64,000 nucleotides of DNA from Octopus sinensis (GCF_006345805.1 NW_021836156.1:27367-91366), one strand, 5' to 3'; positions 13,164 to 27,270 are shown, counted from the stretch's first letter. Numbers and translations are program-made. The notes: generated by a model from the sequence alone, not told the origin.

Positions 13164-13164
<1 letters not shown>
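12355..13164. mobile_element. Interspersed repeat family E inserted in (AAT)n, with its left ~128 bp triplicated
   Basis: Second copy at 25581-26070; (AAT)n on both sides; three tandem copies of gccctgatgcagtacc...ctcaatacca. Confidence 0.8.
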
Positions 13165-13194
<30 letters not shown>

Positions 13195-13195
13195 G

Positions 13196-13228
<33 letters not shown>

Positions 13229-13244
13229 GATGATGATGATGATG

Positions 13245-13640
13245 ATTTCAAATTTTTGCCAAAAGGGCAGCTTTGGGAAGGTATTAAGTCGATTACATAT
13301 ACCCTAGTGTTTCGCTGGTACTTAATTTATGGACTGCGAAAGGATGAAAGGCCAAGTCGACCGCGGCAGAATTTGAGCTCAGAACGTAACGGCGGACGAA
13401 ATACCTATTTCTTTACTGCCCACAAGGGGCTACACACAGAGAGTACAAACAAGGACAGGCGAACGGATTAAGTCGATTTTATCGCACCCCTATGCGTAAT
13501 TGGTACTTATTTAATCGACCCCAAAAGGATGAAAGGCAAAGTCGACCTCGGTGGAATTTGAACTCAGAACATAGCGGCAAACAAAATACCGCTAAGTATT
13601 TTGTTCGGCATGCTAACGATTCTGGCAGCTAGCCGTCTTG
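13245..13640 (-). mobile_element. SINE family C, tandem dimer
   Basis: Two bodies joined at cgaaatacctatttc (13397-13411). Confidence 0.8.
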
Positions 13641-13671
13641 AATAATAATAATAATAATGATAATAATAATA

Positions 13672-13722
<51 letters not shown>

Positions 13723-13754
13723 TGATGATGATGATGATGATGATAATGATGATG

Positions 13755-13807
<53 letters not shown>

Positions 13808-14460
13808 AAGATTACAGTTACGTATATTTATGATCAGTATTAATACACATAATACTTTATTACATACGCCGGGAGAAGACAGAAAGTCAAAAGATGAGGC
13901 TGGAAAGTTCTAAAGAACAGGCCACTTGGTAAAGGTTAAAGAACTTTATGGCATTCGGAAGTATTTTGAAAGGATGCTGACAAAACAAATAAATGACTTT
14001 GCACCCAGAAAAATTGTATTTCTGATAATTATGTCGAAAGAAAGTCTGGCGGTGTTCATGTTTGCCCTTAAATTACAAAATAAGAAAGGAGAAGGAAAGG
14101 CAAAGGGGGAGAAAAAGGAGGCGGGTAGAAACGGGGTGCAAACCGGGTAGAGGTCGGGTATATTATTTTTTACTGTTTTGTTTTTCATAATATTATTGCA
14201 TTATATTTTTCATTTCGTTTCATTTCAGCTTTCATAAAGGATACACACATACACACACACACGCGCGCATGGGCGCGAGCGCGCACACACACACACGCGC
14301 ATGGCGCGCGCGCACACACACACACCACACTCACATCTCTACATGGATAATGTTTGACAGTGACTGCGATGTTTCGTTTGATAGAGGCTGAGTAAACCGA
14401 AACTTCGAAGTCACAATCAACGTTTTTCTTGCAAAAGCTACTAAAAAGTATTGCTGAATT

Positions 14461-14701
14461 AGGCGTAGGAGTGGCTGTGTGGTAAGTTGCTTGCTTACCA
14501 ATTATATGGTTCCGGGTTCAGTCCCACTGCGTGGCACCTTGGGCAAGTGTCTTCTACAATAGCCTCGGGCCGACCAAAGCCTTGTGAGTGGATTTGGTAG
14601 ACGGAAACTGAAAGAAGCCCGTCGTATATATGTATATGTATGTATATATATATATGTATATATATATATATGTATGTATATATATATATATATATGTGTG
14701 T

Positions 14702-14732
<31 letters not shown>

Positions 14733-14983
14733 CGTGCGTGTGTGTGTGTGTGTGTGTGTATATGTTTGTGTGTCTGTGTTTGTCTCCCCAACATCGCTTG
14801 GCAACCGATGCTGGTCTGTTTACATCCGTGTAACTTCGCACTTCGGCAAAAGAGACCGATAGAATAAGTACTAGGCTTACAAAGAATAAGTCCTGGGGTC
14901 GATTTGCTCGACTAAAGGCGCTGCTCCAGCATGGCCGCAATCAAATGACTGAAACAAGTAAAAGACTAAAATAGTAAAGAGTA
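14461..14983 (+). mobile_element. SINE family A, full length
   Basis: Same structure as 11708 with an expanded internal microsatellite. Confidence 0.9.
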
Positions 14984-15178
14984 TAATTTCACGCACACAC
15001 TCGCCTGTGCGCACACTCACATACATCCCCCCCACACACACCCACTCACGCCGAAGTTACACTCAACGTTTTCTTGGTATAGATTAATATAATGTATTGT
15101 TGAATTAAATGTAATTTTACTCTCACTTGCGTGCACACACACGCCTACACTCTCTATCTCTCTCTCTTTCTCTCTCTA

Positions 15179-15209
<31 letters not shown>

Positions 15210-15381
15210 AACGCCCGAACACACGCACATATTGATTTGAACTTTCACGATTTTCAACATTAGATTGCGACCATACTGGAGCAACGCCATAAAATGAAAA
15301 AAATCACCCGAGAGCTTTCTTTTCAGTGTCGATTAAATAGAGAACCACTCAAGCTCTGAAGTTGATGGTTATTCGCTAGAT

Positions 15382-15639
15382 CAGTGGTTCTCAACCATTT
15401 TTTGCACATGGACCCATTTGGCCCCAGTTTTACTATGCTGGGCCCTAATACGCATTCGATAATTAAAAAAAAAGCCCCGTTATATTTTTATGATTAAATA
15501 TCATTAGAAATTGCTCAGAAAAATTGTTAAAACATTTTATGTATTGTAAAAGTACAAGGGATATATTCCACATAAATTTTAAAAGCATCATCTTATGTGG
15601 ACTCCAAAGGTCCACGCGGACCCCGATTGAGAACCGCTG
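15382..15639. mobile_element. hAT (Charlie-like) MITE
   Basis: TIRs cagtggttctcaa / ttgagaaccgctg; related to 30612-30964; TSD not preserved. Confidence 0.7.
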
Positions 15640-16217
15640 GGTTTCGTTCTTCCATCAAATTCTAGGCTTCGTGCCAATATTAGAAACAAATGTTGTTGTT
15701 TATGCTGTTATTGTTGCTGTTGCTCGTCTCGTATTCCACAAAACTTTATAATATCCCAATGTTTTATAGAAGTGTCCCCTATAGCATTGCATATAAATTG
15801 TTGTTCATTTAATATTCTGTAGAAAGCAAGATCTTCGTTGGTAAAGATGGTACTCAAGCAATGTGGTATCCAAGAAAATGGATGTGATGGCGGAAGAGGG
15901 TCAAATGTGCCAAAGATTGGTGCCAATAGGTCTAAAATTATCCAGAAGGAAATTATTGGTTATCTATTTCTTCTGTACATAAGGGAATAGCTTTTAGTGG
16001 CTATAATGGTTTCAGACATTCTTTAAGTGCATTGGCAGAGAAACAAATTGAACAGAGACAGAATTAGAGAACAGAGAGAGAGAGAGGGAGAGAGAGAGAT
16101 GGGGGGAGAGTAACAGAGTGAGAGGGAGAGAGAGAAGGAGAGAGCGGAGAGTAAGAACGATTTAGAAACAAATGGACACATTCATATTGCATGCATACAT
16201 ATGTGTATGTGTTCGCG

Positions 16218-16260
<43 letters not shown>

Positions 16261-17660
16261 ATTTGTTGCGTAGCTACAATATGTATATAAGAAATACATT
16301 CATATACATCTCTCGATCTAGTTTCCCGTTTATTCCCTCTGTGTATACCTCCCCCTCTTTCTGTCTCTCTCCCCTCTCTCTCTCTCTCTTGATATATATA
16401 AGTCAATAAGAATTACACATATATAGATATTTCTGTACATGTGCATGTATGTATATATATATATGTGTGTGTGCGTGTGTGTGTGTGCGTGTGTGTGTGT
16501 GTGTGTGTGCGTGTGTGTGTGTATGTGTGTTTTTATCTGTCTGAATCTATATCTATATGTATCTATCTATTTATCTATCTATCTATCTACCTACCTATCT
16601 ATTTATATATATTTATATATTATATATGTGTATATATGTATACACACACACGTATTTTAAGTAACCTGATGTATTTCTATATAATTGTGTGCGAATATAT
16701 GTAAGTATAAATGAATTCATACACACATACATATATGCATACATACATCCATCCCTCCACACATACATACATACATACATCCCTCCACACATACATACAT
16801 ACATATATTCGCAGATACACCGAATTATACTCATCTATGCACACATGCTTAGCGTAATCTAGGATTTCGGGTGGTGGCGGCAGAAAGAGAAAAGGCGGGA
16901 ACGGGCGAGCAGAGGGAAAGGGAGAGGAAATGGAGAGAGAAGGGAGAAAAGGAGCAGAACGTAGAGTAATGGAGATGAGGCGAAAAGCAATATTCTTGGT
17001 GGGTATTCATCCACTGGATCCCTTCCAGTTCGATGATGAGCTTGGCATTATAAAGAGAGGCCACAGATGGAGAGCAAGAGTGCATCTGTTTGAGAGTAAG
17101 CTATTTTAGGAGCAGATACAGAGATGATTCATTCCCTCGTCGCTTGTTATAAATGGTCCACGAATCCGTTCTGTCAGTTGGCAGAAGGTCTCTGCCAGTT
17201 AACCAATATTAGCATGAAGACGTGCTTCACTGGGCATTAGAAATCCCAGATTTCGCCGAGATTTCATTTTCGCTGAACTAAAGGCGTTGGTGGGGGGGAA
17301 TTCACGAAAAGAGGGAACTAAGAAAACCAATGATACTGATATTTAAAAAGGGGTTACTTTGGCAAACAAATTTTCGGACGTGTTATTTATTTCTATTGTT
17401 TTGGGGCGATCCAAGAAAATGATTACGTTTGTGTGTGTGTGTGTGTGTATGTGTGAGTGTGTGCGTGTGTATGTGTGAGTGTGTGTGTGTGTGGTGTAGA
17501 GACGCGTACACACATGCATACACATACACACACATACATATATTCCAGGGGCTAACAGAATGTGAGAGAGGCTATATGCGGTCACTTACAATAAAGTAAT
17601 GGAAAATAAGTCCGAGAGTGTACAATATATATTTGTGTGTTTATGTATATATATATATAA

Positions 17661-17779
<119 letters not shown>

Positions 17780-17804
17780 GTATAATAGTATATATATAAT
17801 TTAA

Positions 17805-18165
17805 AATAAGCAGAAAATCGAGTAAAATACCCCTGTAGACGAGAAAAGATAGTGGGCCAGAAGACCCTACAGTGATTCGAACTCTGTACCGCTCAAATTA
17901 CGGCTAGGTGTTTGTTACCATTGAGTTAAGCGACCCCACTTTGGTTCAACGCATGTTTATTTGTAAAAAGTGTTCTCACATTTGGAAAGCTAGTATTTAG
18001 CGTTATTAAAGACAAAATCTGTTATTAACGGTCGTTTAGCTCAATGGCACATACCCCTCAACCAGAATTTGGGAGATCTAGAATTCGATTCTCCGTACCG
18101 GCTGCTGGTCCCTTTTATTTACTCTCTATTGGAGTATTTTGCTAATATTTTTCTGTTTTCTTAAT
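17805..18165. mobile_element. Head-to-head pair of diverged tRNA-like heads with shared downstream sequence
   Basis: Minus 17935 to 17805 ggtcgcttaactcaatgg...gagttcgaatc; plus 18030 to 18165 ggtcgtttagctcaatgg...gaattcgattc; both continue ctgg.ccc...gtatttt.ct...ttttctg. Confidence 0.6.
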
Positions 18166-18372
18166 GGTATACTCTATTACAGAACATAACCGCAACTAAT
18201 CCTTTTTGTAATAGATCGATGTTAAAATATTGTCTTTGTAAACAACTACTTGATGGAGATAGCAACAACATTATTTTCCCAAACTGGTGTATTCGATCTG
18301 CTAACTCTTCGGTCACGTTATGCTTATTAGTGGTGACTCAACGGATATTCCAAGATGGTATTTAGCTGCCGA

Positions 18373-18788
18373 AAGGCGTCGAGCTGGCAGAAATGTTAGC
18401 ACGCCAGGCGAAATGCTTTATGGTATTTCGTCTGCGTTACGTTGTGAGTTCAAATTCCGCCGAGGTCGACTTTGCCTTTCATCCTTTCGAGGTCGATAAA
18501 TTAAGTACCAGTTACGCACTGAGGTCGATGTAATCGTCTTAATACCTATGTCTGTCCTTGTTTGTCCGCTCTATGTTTAGCCCCTTGTGGATAATAAAGA
18601 AATAGGTATTTCGTCTGCTGCTACGTTCTGAGTTCAAATTCCGCCGAGGTCGACTTTGCCTTTCATCCTTTCGGAGTCGATAAATTAAGTACCAGTTACG
18701 CACTGGGGTCGATGTAATCGACTTAATCCCCTTTTATGTCCTTGTTTGTCCCCTCTGTGTTTAGCCCCTTGTGGGCAATAAAGAAATA
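18373..18788 (+). mobile_element. SINE family C, tandem dimer
   Basis: Head + body + aagaaata|ggtatttcgtctg + body; TSD ggtatttagctgccga / ggtatacagctgccga. Confidence 0.9.
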
Positions 18789-18990
18789 GGTATACAGCTG
18801 CCGATCGAATGCTAGAACATTATAGAAATACTCCAATGTTTGTTGACAAATTTTCCCGCTTTTTAAGGGTAATTTACCCAATACATTTACTGTTCTAACA
18901 GCGTTTCTTCGTTTGAAAATAAATCATCATCTTATTTGTATCTTAAAATGCTCATTTCAATGCTTATGAAAAACATACATTAGCTTGTTT

Positions 18991-19548
18991 ATATCTCGAC
19001 TGCTGCTTTCGGCTGTTTACTGTCGGTGTCAGTATGTGTGTATACAATTATATGCATTGACTGCAGCATCAGAGAGCTTTAGCTCTTATTTCTACCATCG
19101 TAGGTTTCCTAACACCCACAGTCATATTTAATGACAATTCTAGATCTCCTTTTTGATGATACATTGCTAAACCTCTGCCTACGTAAATTAATTGTATGCA
19201 TATTGGCGATTCACTAGATCATCCATAGAGTTCTATGATGTAGACATACACACTAGCGGCGATCTCGTCCGGAATCTGGCAAGTAGTACCGATTCTACTG
19301 ATGAGGCTCCGGTGTTAAAGCCGAAACTGTCCGACAGTATAGGAATATCTCGACTGCCACTTTCCGCCGTTTATGGTCGCTGTCTCTATGTATGTATATA
19401 CACAATTATGTGCGTTGACTGTAGCATCAGAGCGCTTTAACTCTTATTTCTAGCATCGTAGGTCTTCTAACGCCCCCGGCGATACTTGATGACAACTCTA
19501 GTTTTTCTTTATGGGATTACATTGCCAAACCGCTGCCTACTTCAGTTA
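18991..19548 (+). mobile_element. Tandem ~354-nt unit (about 1.6 copies) with a hammerhead at the junction; retrozyme/PLE-like
   Basis: 18991-19195 recurs diverged at 19345-19548 (atatctcgactgc...ttgactg.agcatcagag.gcttta.ctcttatttcta.catcgtagg...acattgc.aaacc.ctgcctac). Confidence 0.75.
19291..19349 (+). ncRNA. Type I hammerhead ribozyme with palindromic stem III
   Basis: gattcta CTGATGA ggct ccggtgttaa agcc GAAA ctgtc c gacag TA taggaat. Confidence 0.85.
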
Positions 19549-19605
19549 TTATATTTCTATTTCATATCTTACCTAGAATAACTATTGCTTAACCATTCTC
19601 ACACC

Positions 19606-19653
19606 GTCTCCGATGAAGGGATATATAAAATATCCCAGAAACAGCTGTAAGAC
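19606..19653 (+). ncRNA. Minimal type I hammerhead motif (CCGAUGA core variant)
   Basis: gtct CCGATGA a gggata tataaaa tatccc a GAAA cagctg TA agac. Confidence 0.7.
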
Positions 19654-19713
19654 ATTCTCTTTATAACTGTTCTGAAATCTTTCACAGCCTTGGATTTTTA
19701 TCTCATACTGTTA

Positions 19714-19757
<44 letters not shown>

Positions 19758-19815
19758 GTGTGTGTATGTTCATGCATAAACACACGGGCATATTTATAGC
19801 TACATATATTTGTTT

Positions 19816-19929
<114 letters not shown>

Positions 19930-20429
19930 CAGATAGTTACACAAACGCAGCTTGATGGCTACTTACATATTAAACTATTCAAGCTAAATAGCTAACAGGA
20001 TATTTAGATACATATGTAGGCACATTAATATATTCAACGAATACTACACATATAGAACGAGAGAAACTGAGAGCGACATATTGCCTTCTAAGTTTGGCGT
20101 CTGTAACGTTTGAAAAATTATATTCAATCACAGAAAGAGACACAAATGTAGTGCGCGCGCGCGTGTTTGTGTGTGTGTAAGAGAGAGTATGGGGGATCGT
20201 GAGTAAGGAAGAGAATGGAGATAGGAAATAGAGAGAGAGAGAGTGTGTAGGGGGAAAATGAAGAGGACGGGTGGCATCTGCAAGATATAAAGTCGATGCC
20301 TAACTAGCAAAGGAAAAATCATACGCTGTCTTGTGAATAATATGGTAATGTCTGAGAAATGGAACTTCTCAGCCGTTAGTGTTCTTACCGTCCACTTAAC
20401 CACCTTCTGCAAGCCTGATTTAAAATACA

Positions 20430-20474
<45 letters not shown>

Positions 20475-20831
20475 CATGCATATATGTATATGTTTGTCTG
20501 GATATATATCTATTCATATATGTATGCATATTATATGTATACATATATATGTATATATCATATTATAAATATATATATCAGACATATATTATATATACAT
20601 ATATACATATGTGTCTATGTGCGCGTGTATGCATATGTTTATATATTAAGTATGAGTGTGTGTGTATAACAATATAGTATAATATATAATATAATGTAAT
20701 ATATACATATATACGCACGAACATACACACACACAACACACACACATAAATAAATATATATATATATATAAATATACATATTGTGTATATATATTATTGT
20801 GCCTGGAGAGAGGCATTCTCTTCTAGTGCCT

Positions 20832-20903
<72 letters not shown>

Positions 20904-21198
20904 CTCATATATACATATGCATGTTATACACTTCAGTTTTGTATTTTGTTATTGTTTCTTGTTATCTCTTCTTGTCCTACACAGTTCTTTTCTTTTTCTT
21001 TTTTTCTTGATTTGTTGATTATTGTTACACTAGAATACTTTATTTTTTATATTTATTTACGACTCGGGGGCTGCATTTCGTTTACAACTTTGTAAAACAG
21101 AAAAAAGTATTCCATTTGTTTATATATTTAGATTTTTGTAATCCTATGTGCTTCTCCTTCTGTGTGCGAGCGTACACGCATTCTTGTGTGTATTTGCA

Positions 21199-21233
<35 letters not shown>

Positions 21234-21599
21234 CCATGCGCATACACACACATTTTATGTATGTATTCTGTTTTTTTTTGTGTGTATATCTGTTATAATC
21301 TATTGGTATACACACTTGTAAAGACATATTTTCTCATTACATCCAACTGTCCGTACTTCGCTTACCATCCCCTGTCCCCCATTACTTTTGCTCGTGTGTG
21401 CATCCAATCTCGCTGTCCCCCCCCCCACCAACTGAAGATTCGCGCAGACGGATGCACCACAGGGAGAGTGAAAGGGAGAGAGAGGAGAAGAGGAGAGGAA
21501 GGCGGGAAAATAGAGAGCGAGAGAGCGAAAAGAAAGATGAGAGAGCGCGAAGGGAGGGAGAAGGATATGGAGAAAAAAAGGGAGAGGGAAGAGAAGAAG

Positions 21600-21875
21600 C
21601 GAAAGAGAGAAGGCGCAAAGAGAGTGAGAGAAAGGGGAGAGAAGAGAAGAAGCGAAAGAGAGAACGGAAAGAGAGTGAGAGAAAGGGGAGAGAAGAGAAG
21701 AAGCGAAAGAGAGAACGGAAAGAGAGTGAGAGAAAGGGGAGAGAAGAGAAGAGGCGAAAGAGAGAAGGGAAAGAGAGTGGGAAAAAGGGGGGAGAAGAGA
21801 AGAAGAGAAAGAGAGAAGGGAAAGAGAGTGAGAATAAGGGGAGAGAAGAGAAGAAGCGAAAGAGAGAAGGAGATA
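21600..21875. repeat. Purine-rich minisatellite, ~51-bp unit
   Basis: About five copies of aaagagagtgagagaaaggggagagaagagaagaagcgaaagagagaacgg (17-aa periodicity in the ORF track). Confidence 0.85.
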
Positions 21876-22807
21876 AAGAGAGATATAGAAAGCGTATAAC
21901 AGTGACTCCTGTCACTGTAATAATATTAGGCACACACGTAGAGAGTGAGAGAGAGAGGGGGGAGGCATACAGAGACAGAGAGAGACAGAGAGGCAGAGGG
22001 AGACAGAAAGACAAAGAGAGAAACGGAGAGAGAGAGAGATAGGGAAAGAGAGAGTGACAGAGAGAGAGAGAAAAGGAGAAAGGGGAGACAGTAGAAGGGA
22101 GACGGAGAAAGTGAATTACGTTCTCTCATCAAACTGACACTTTCTGATAATTACAGTTTGTGTCTGTCTCTCTGTCTCTCTCTCTGTCTCTCTGTCTGTC
22201 TCTCTCTCTCTCTCTCGGTCAAACATCCATGGAGAAGTTGAGAGGAGAGACATAGAAAGAGAGGGAGAGGGAGTAACATTCACTCCCCCTCTAAGACTTT
22301 TTGACAACCTCACACTGTCCCTCGTTTCTAATCACAAACATTTTACGTTTAGTTCATGCACTTTCCCTCTACTCTTACTCTCTTCCTTTCCCTCAATCTA
22401 TCTCCCCATCCCTCTGTCTCAATCTCTCTCTCTCTCTCTCTCTCTGTATTCGTAAACAACGTATGAAGGCTCTGAGATAAACGCACGTGAATCCATGCAT
22501 ACATGTATGCATCTTTGCTTTTGTGCATGGATGTCGTTATGTGTGTGTGTGTGAAAGCATATATTTATGTTTTGTATATCGTTCTGTACACATGTATAAA
22601 TACAATTATGTATGCATGTACCATTTTTATGTTCTATCTATCTATCTATCTATGAACAAATCCTTCTCTCTTTTTCTCTCTATGTAAATATAAATAAATA
22701 GATCTACATATATGGATGCATATGTGTGTGTATACATACATACATACATACATACATACATACATACAAACAGACAGACAGACAGACAGATAGACAGACA
22801 GACAGAC

Positions 22808-22867
<60 letters not shown>

Positions 22868-24939
22868 CAATAGATAGATATAGATAGATGGATGGATGAA
22901 TGGATAGATAGATAGATCGATAGATAGGTAGATATACACACGCACGCACGCACACACACACATACACATATATACACACGCACACACAAACGCGTTCACG
23001 TTCTTCTAGACACCCACGATCTTACCTACATCTCTCTGCGTATCTATTACAAAAACCCACGCCCATTCATTCAATATCCCGTTAATATCTATTAAACCTA
23101 TTAGATGACACCCCTTTCTCTCTCTCACTCACACTCTCTCTCCTTCTCTCTAACTCTCTCCCCTTCTCTCTTAGTCTCTTTCTCTCTCCTTTTCTCTTGC
23201 TTCACGATCTCACCATCTACTTTACCCTCTCCATGGTTCCTTATCACTCACTCAGTCTCTTATTCATACGCGATTTATTCTCTCTCTTTTAACTATCTCC
23301 GCCTTCTTCACGTCCCCACGTCCCGTTACTTTCACTTTCATTTTCCTTCCTTCCTTCCTTTCTCCCTTCCGTTCCGTCTTTCCTTCCCTCAGAGAGTAAA
23401 AGAGAAATATTTCTCAATTTATTCAATCCCTGCATGTTTTTCTAAGACTTATTCCTGCTGCTCTTCATCTCTCTTCCCCAATCTTCATGTTTCTTCTTGT
23501 CCCCCTCCCTCCTCCACCTTTACATCACTATCCAGCCAGCCCACTCCCACCCACCCCCACTACTAGCCTCCTCCTAAAGTAATCCCTGTTCTCTATTTAT
23601 GCATTCAATGACATCGAACTCCATCCACTTCTGTCTTCCACCTTGCCACACCCGTTATATTTACCACCACCACCACCATCACCACCGCCATCACCAACAC
23701 AACAAGCGTCAGCGTCATTATCACTGGTACCGCCTCCCGATTAGAACCAGCGCCGAAGGCCATACAATCACCGCTACCACCACTACCACCACCACCACCA
23801 CCACTACCACCAATACCACTATCAACATCACCACCATCACAATGACGATGATGAGCATGACTACGACGACGACGACCACCACCACAACAACAACAACAAA
23901 CATCATTGCCACTCATAATCAGAACCACCGCCACCACCTACATCGTTAACAACACCAACTCCAACACCAACATTGCAAACATCATCACTATAACAACCGC
24001 CATCACTGCAAGCACCACCACTACCAATATCACCAACACCACCACCATCAGCATCACCCCCAACCCCCCAACCCCACCACCATCATCATCACGTGTAACA
24101 ACAACATCATCATCAACACCACCAGTACTATCGTCATCACCACCATCCTCATCTCCATCAACATCAACATCATCACAAACAACCAAATCCAAAACCGTTA
24201 CGGACACCTTCATTTTGCTTATTCCTCCTCCTCCTCCTCCTCCTCCTTCTCTTCTACTTTTTTTTCATATTCTTCTATCATATCCACCCGCCCTTCCACC
24301 CGACTCTCAACCCTTTTCCTGCTGTTCTATGACTGACACACGCAAAACCTTGTGCAACGGAAGACGTAAATCTTGTCAGACAATTTCCTACACCTCCCAT
24401 CATTCCTCACACCTCATACATACCACGCCAACCCAAATCACCATCACACACACTCACACACACACATTGTGCCATACTGCACCACACTGTGCCATAGTGC
24501 TCCACACACAGTGCGCCATGCTGCACGGCAGCGCGCTGCATTACGCATCTCCCTACAAGGCAGTATACCACACCTACCTCATCTCATTATCTTCCACCTA
24601 ACCGATGCTTTGCGGCTGGCAATCACAACGTCTTACACATGCCGCCACCACCGTCATCGTGACCATCACCGCAGCAGCAGCCGCCCCCGCCTCCGCTAGC
24701 ACCACCGACCGCTACCACCGCCAGTACCGCCGACACCATCATTGTCATCATCAACGGAATCATCATCATCATCATCTTCATCACCACTATCATCATCATC
24801 ATCCTCATTGTGTCGTCGTCCTCGCCATCGTCGTCGACCTTTTCGTCGTCGTCATCGTCATCGTCAATGATCGTCATAATCGTCGTTATCGTCATCATCA
24901 TCATCATCATCATCATCATTACAATAGTAATAATAATTG

Positions 24940-25515
24940 TTTTTCAACTTTTGTCACAAGGCCTGCAATTTTTTAATTTTTTTCTTTACATCGACTGCCC
25001 TCTCCGCTTCACTCCCACCTCGGCCCCAGGACTTGAACGGTACTTTATTTTTTATCAACAACCGAAAAAATTTAAAGCAAATTTGACCCCGGCAGAATGT
25101 GAACTCAGAACGTAAAATGACGGACGAAATGTCCCTAAACATTTTCTCCGACTCGCAAAAAGAATGAATACTAATAATTGCATCAAATTTCGGCACTAGG
25201 CCAGTAATTATAAGGAGGAAGGCTGTCAATCGATTGTATTGATCCCGTAATTGGATGATGCCTTTTTTTTATATCGACCCCGAAACGATGAAAAGCAAAT
25301 CGACACCAGCGGAATTTGAAATTAGAATGGAAAGCCGGAAGAAATGTCACTGAGTTTTTTTGTCCGGCGCGGTAACGTTTCTGTCACCTCACTAACTTAA
25401 TAATTTTTAATAATGATTTCAAATTTTTGGCACAAGACCAGCAAAATCGGGGGAAGGGGTAAGTCGATAAGAATGACCCCCATTGTCCAACTGGTCCTTA
25501 TTTTTATCGACCCTT
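24940..25515 (-). mobile_element. Cluster of diverged family C-related SINEs
   Basis: Repeated gaatttgaactcagaacgtaa / tcgacccc / ggcacaag.cc motifs. Confidence 0.65.
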
Positions 25516-25543
25516 TTATTTAATCGTTGCCCTTTCAATGCTA

Positions 25544-25580
<37 letters not shown>

Positions 25581-25582
<2 letters not shown>

Positions 25583-26070
25583 CAGTACCAGACAGTGGCT
25601 CTCGTGACTGCTGATCTTAACTGATTGTAAGTGTTATCATGTACATTGTTTTGTCTTGGTATAAAAGATGGGCTACAGCAAATATTCTGCTCAATACCAC
25701 AGTTGTCAGTTGTTTGACCTTAACCAGTTGACCATGTCCCTTAATGCCTGACGATATGTGCATCTCTGATCACAAGCAGAAGTAGTGGGGGAGCATCATA
25801 GCCGTGTGTTGAAAGCTAATTCTTAGAGGTTTGGATAATTCACCTTTGGAAACATGGGTGATTCGTTCAACATCCTTAAACAATCCTTATTCAGGGGCCT
25901 TTTGGACGGGATGGGCTACTCGACCAGAAGAAAATTCTAACTGGGCCCCACCTGCAAGGTCATGTGCTGTTTATCTTGATATGAGATCACCATGTCACGC
26001 ACATATGGTTGTGATGCATGTGCCTAGTGTACACTTATCAGACGGGTAGTCATGATGGGTATACTGGGCT
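25581..26070. mobile_element. Interspersed repeat family E, second copy
   Basis: Colinear with 12619-13110; preceded by (AAT)n. Confidence 0.8.
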
Positions 26071-26094
26071 GCATACACACACACACACACACAC

Positions 26095-26157
<63 letters not shown>

Positions 26158-26430
26158 AACTCTCTATCTTTCAGTCTGTCTCTGTCTTTCTAATGTGCGT
26201 AATCTACACAGCTGATTGATATGCTACAAACAGCAGCAAAATTTCATGCATCTTATATCATATCTAAAGTGAAACTTAACATATCCCTCGTACAACATAC
26301 TACTATAAGTACAGGTAGATAGATAAATAGAGAGACAGACAGAAATAGATAGATGGATAGATTGCCTGAGAAACAAATAAATAAACAGACCCACAGACAG
26401 ACGAATACATAGATAGACAGACAGGCTGGC

Positions 26431-26488
<58 letters not shown>

Positions 26489-26489
26489 T

Positions 26490-26534
<45 letters not shown>

Positions 26535-26535
26535 A

Positions 26536-26614
<79 letters not shown>

Positions 26615-26829
26615 AAATATTGGAGTTAGCTGCAGTTGTTCGTGTTACATACACTGTCGTTTGAGGCCCTATTTGAGCAGAGCCTGTGATCAAAGGCAAA
26701 CCAATCGTGAAAGACCCTTATAGTTTGCATATCATTGAAACAAGAGAGGCGAGGTAATTTAAGGAAGATTCAACTACTATTTCTCGCACTCTGAGTGATT
26801 GTATGTGTGTAGAGAGAAAGACACCTTCA

Positions 26830-27270
26830 GTGGTAGTGGTGTTGGTGTTGTTATTGTTGTTGGTCGTGGTGGTGGTGGTGGTAGTAGTAGTAGTAGTAGT
26901 GTTGGTGGTGGTGGTGATGGTGGTGGTAGTAGTAGTAGTAGTAGTTGTAGTTGTAGTAGTAGTGTTGGTGGTAGTGGTGGTGGTGGTGGTAGTTGTAGTA
27001 GTGTTGGTGGTGGTGATGATGGTGGTGGTAGTAGTAGTAGTAGTAGTTGTAGTAGTAGTGTTGGTGGTAGTGGTGGTGGTGGTGGTGGTAGTAATAGTAG
27101 TGTTGGTGGTGGTGATGGTGTTGGTAGTAGTAGTGTTGTTGTTGTTGGTGGTGGTGGTGGTGGTGATGGTGGTAGTAGTAGTAGTAGTTGTTGTAGTAGT
27201 AGTGTTGGCGGTGGTGGTAGTTGTTTTAATGTTGGTGGTGATAGTGGTGGTGGTGGTGGTGGTAGTGATA
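26830..27270. repeat. Degenerate (GGT/AGT/TGT)n trinucleotide tract
   Basis: Seen directly; source of the poly-V/G/S ORFs. Confidence 0.9.

Noticed and set aside
17828-17845. tacccctgtagac resembling the 5' end of miR-10
   Set aside because: Extra C in the seed, similarity ends after about 12 nt, no precursor hairpin, and it lies within a repeat.
21162-22042. Arg/Glu/Lys-rich ORFs with a 17-aa repeat
   Set aside because: Explained by a purine-only minisatellite.
23599-24976. Long Thr/Ser/Pro/His-rich ORFs resembling mucins
   Set aside because: Degenerate (CAC/CAT/CAA)n DNA open in multiple frames; no signal peptide, domain or splice evidence.
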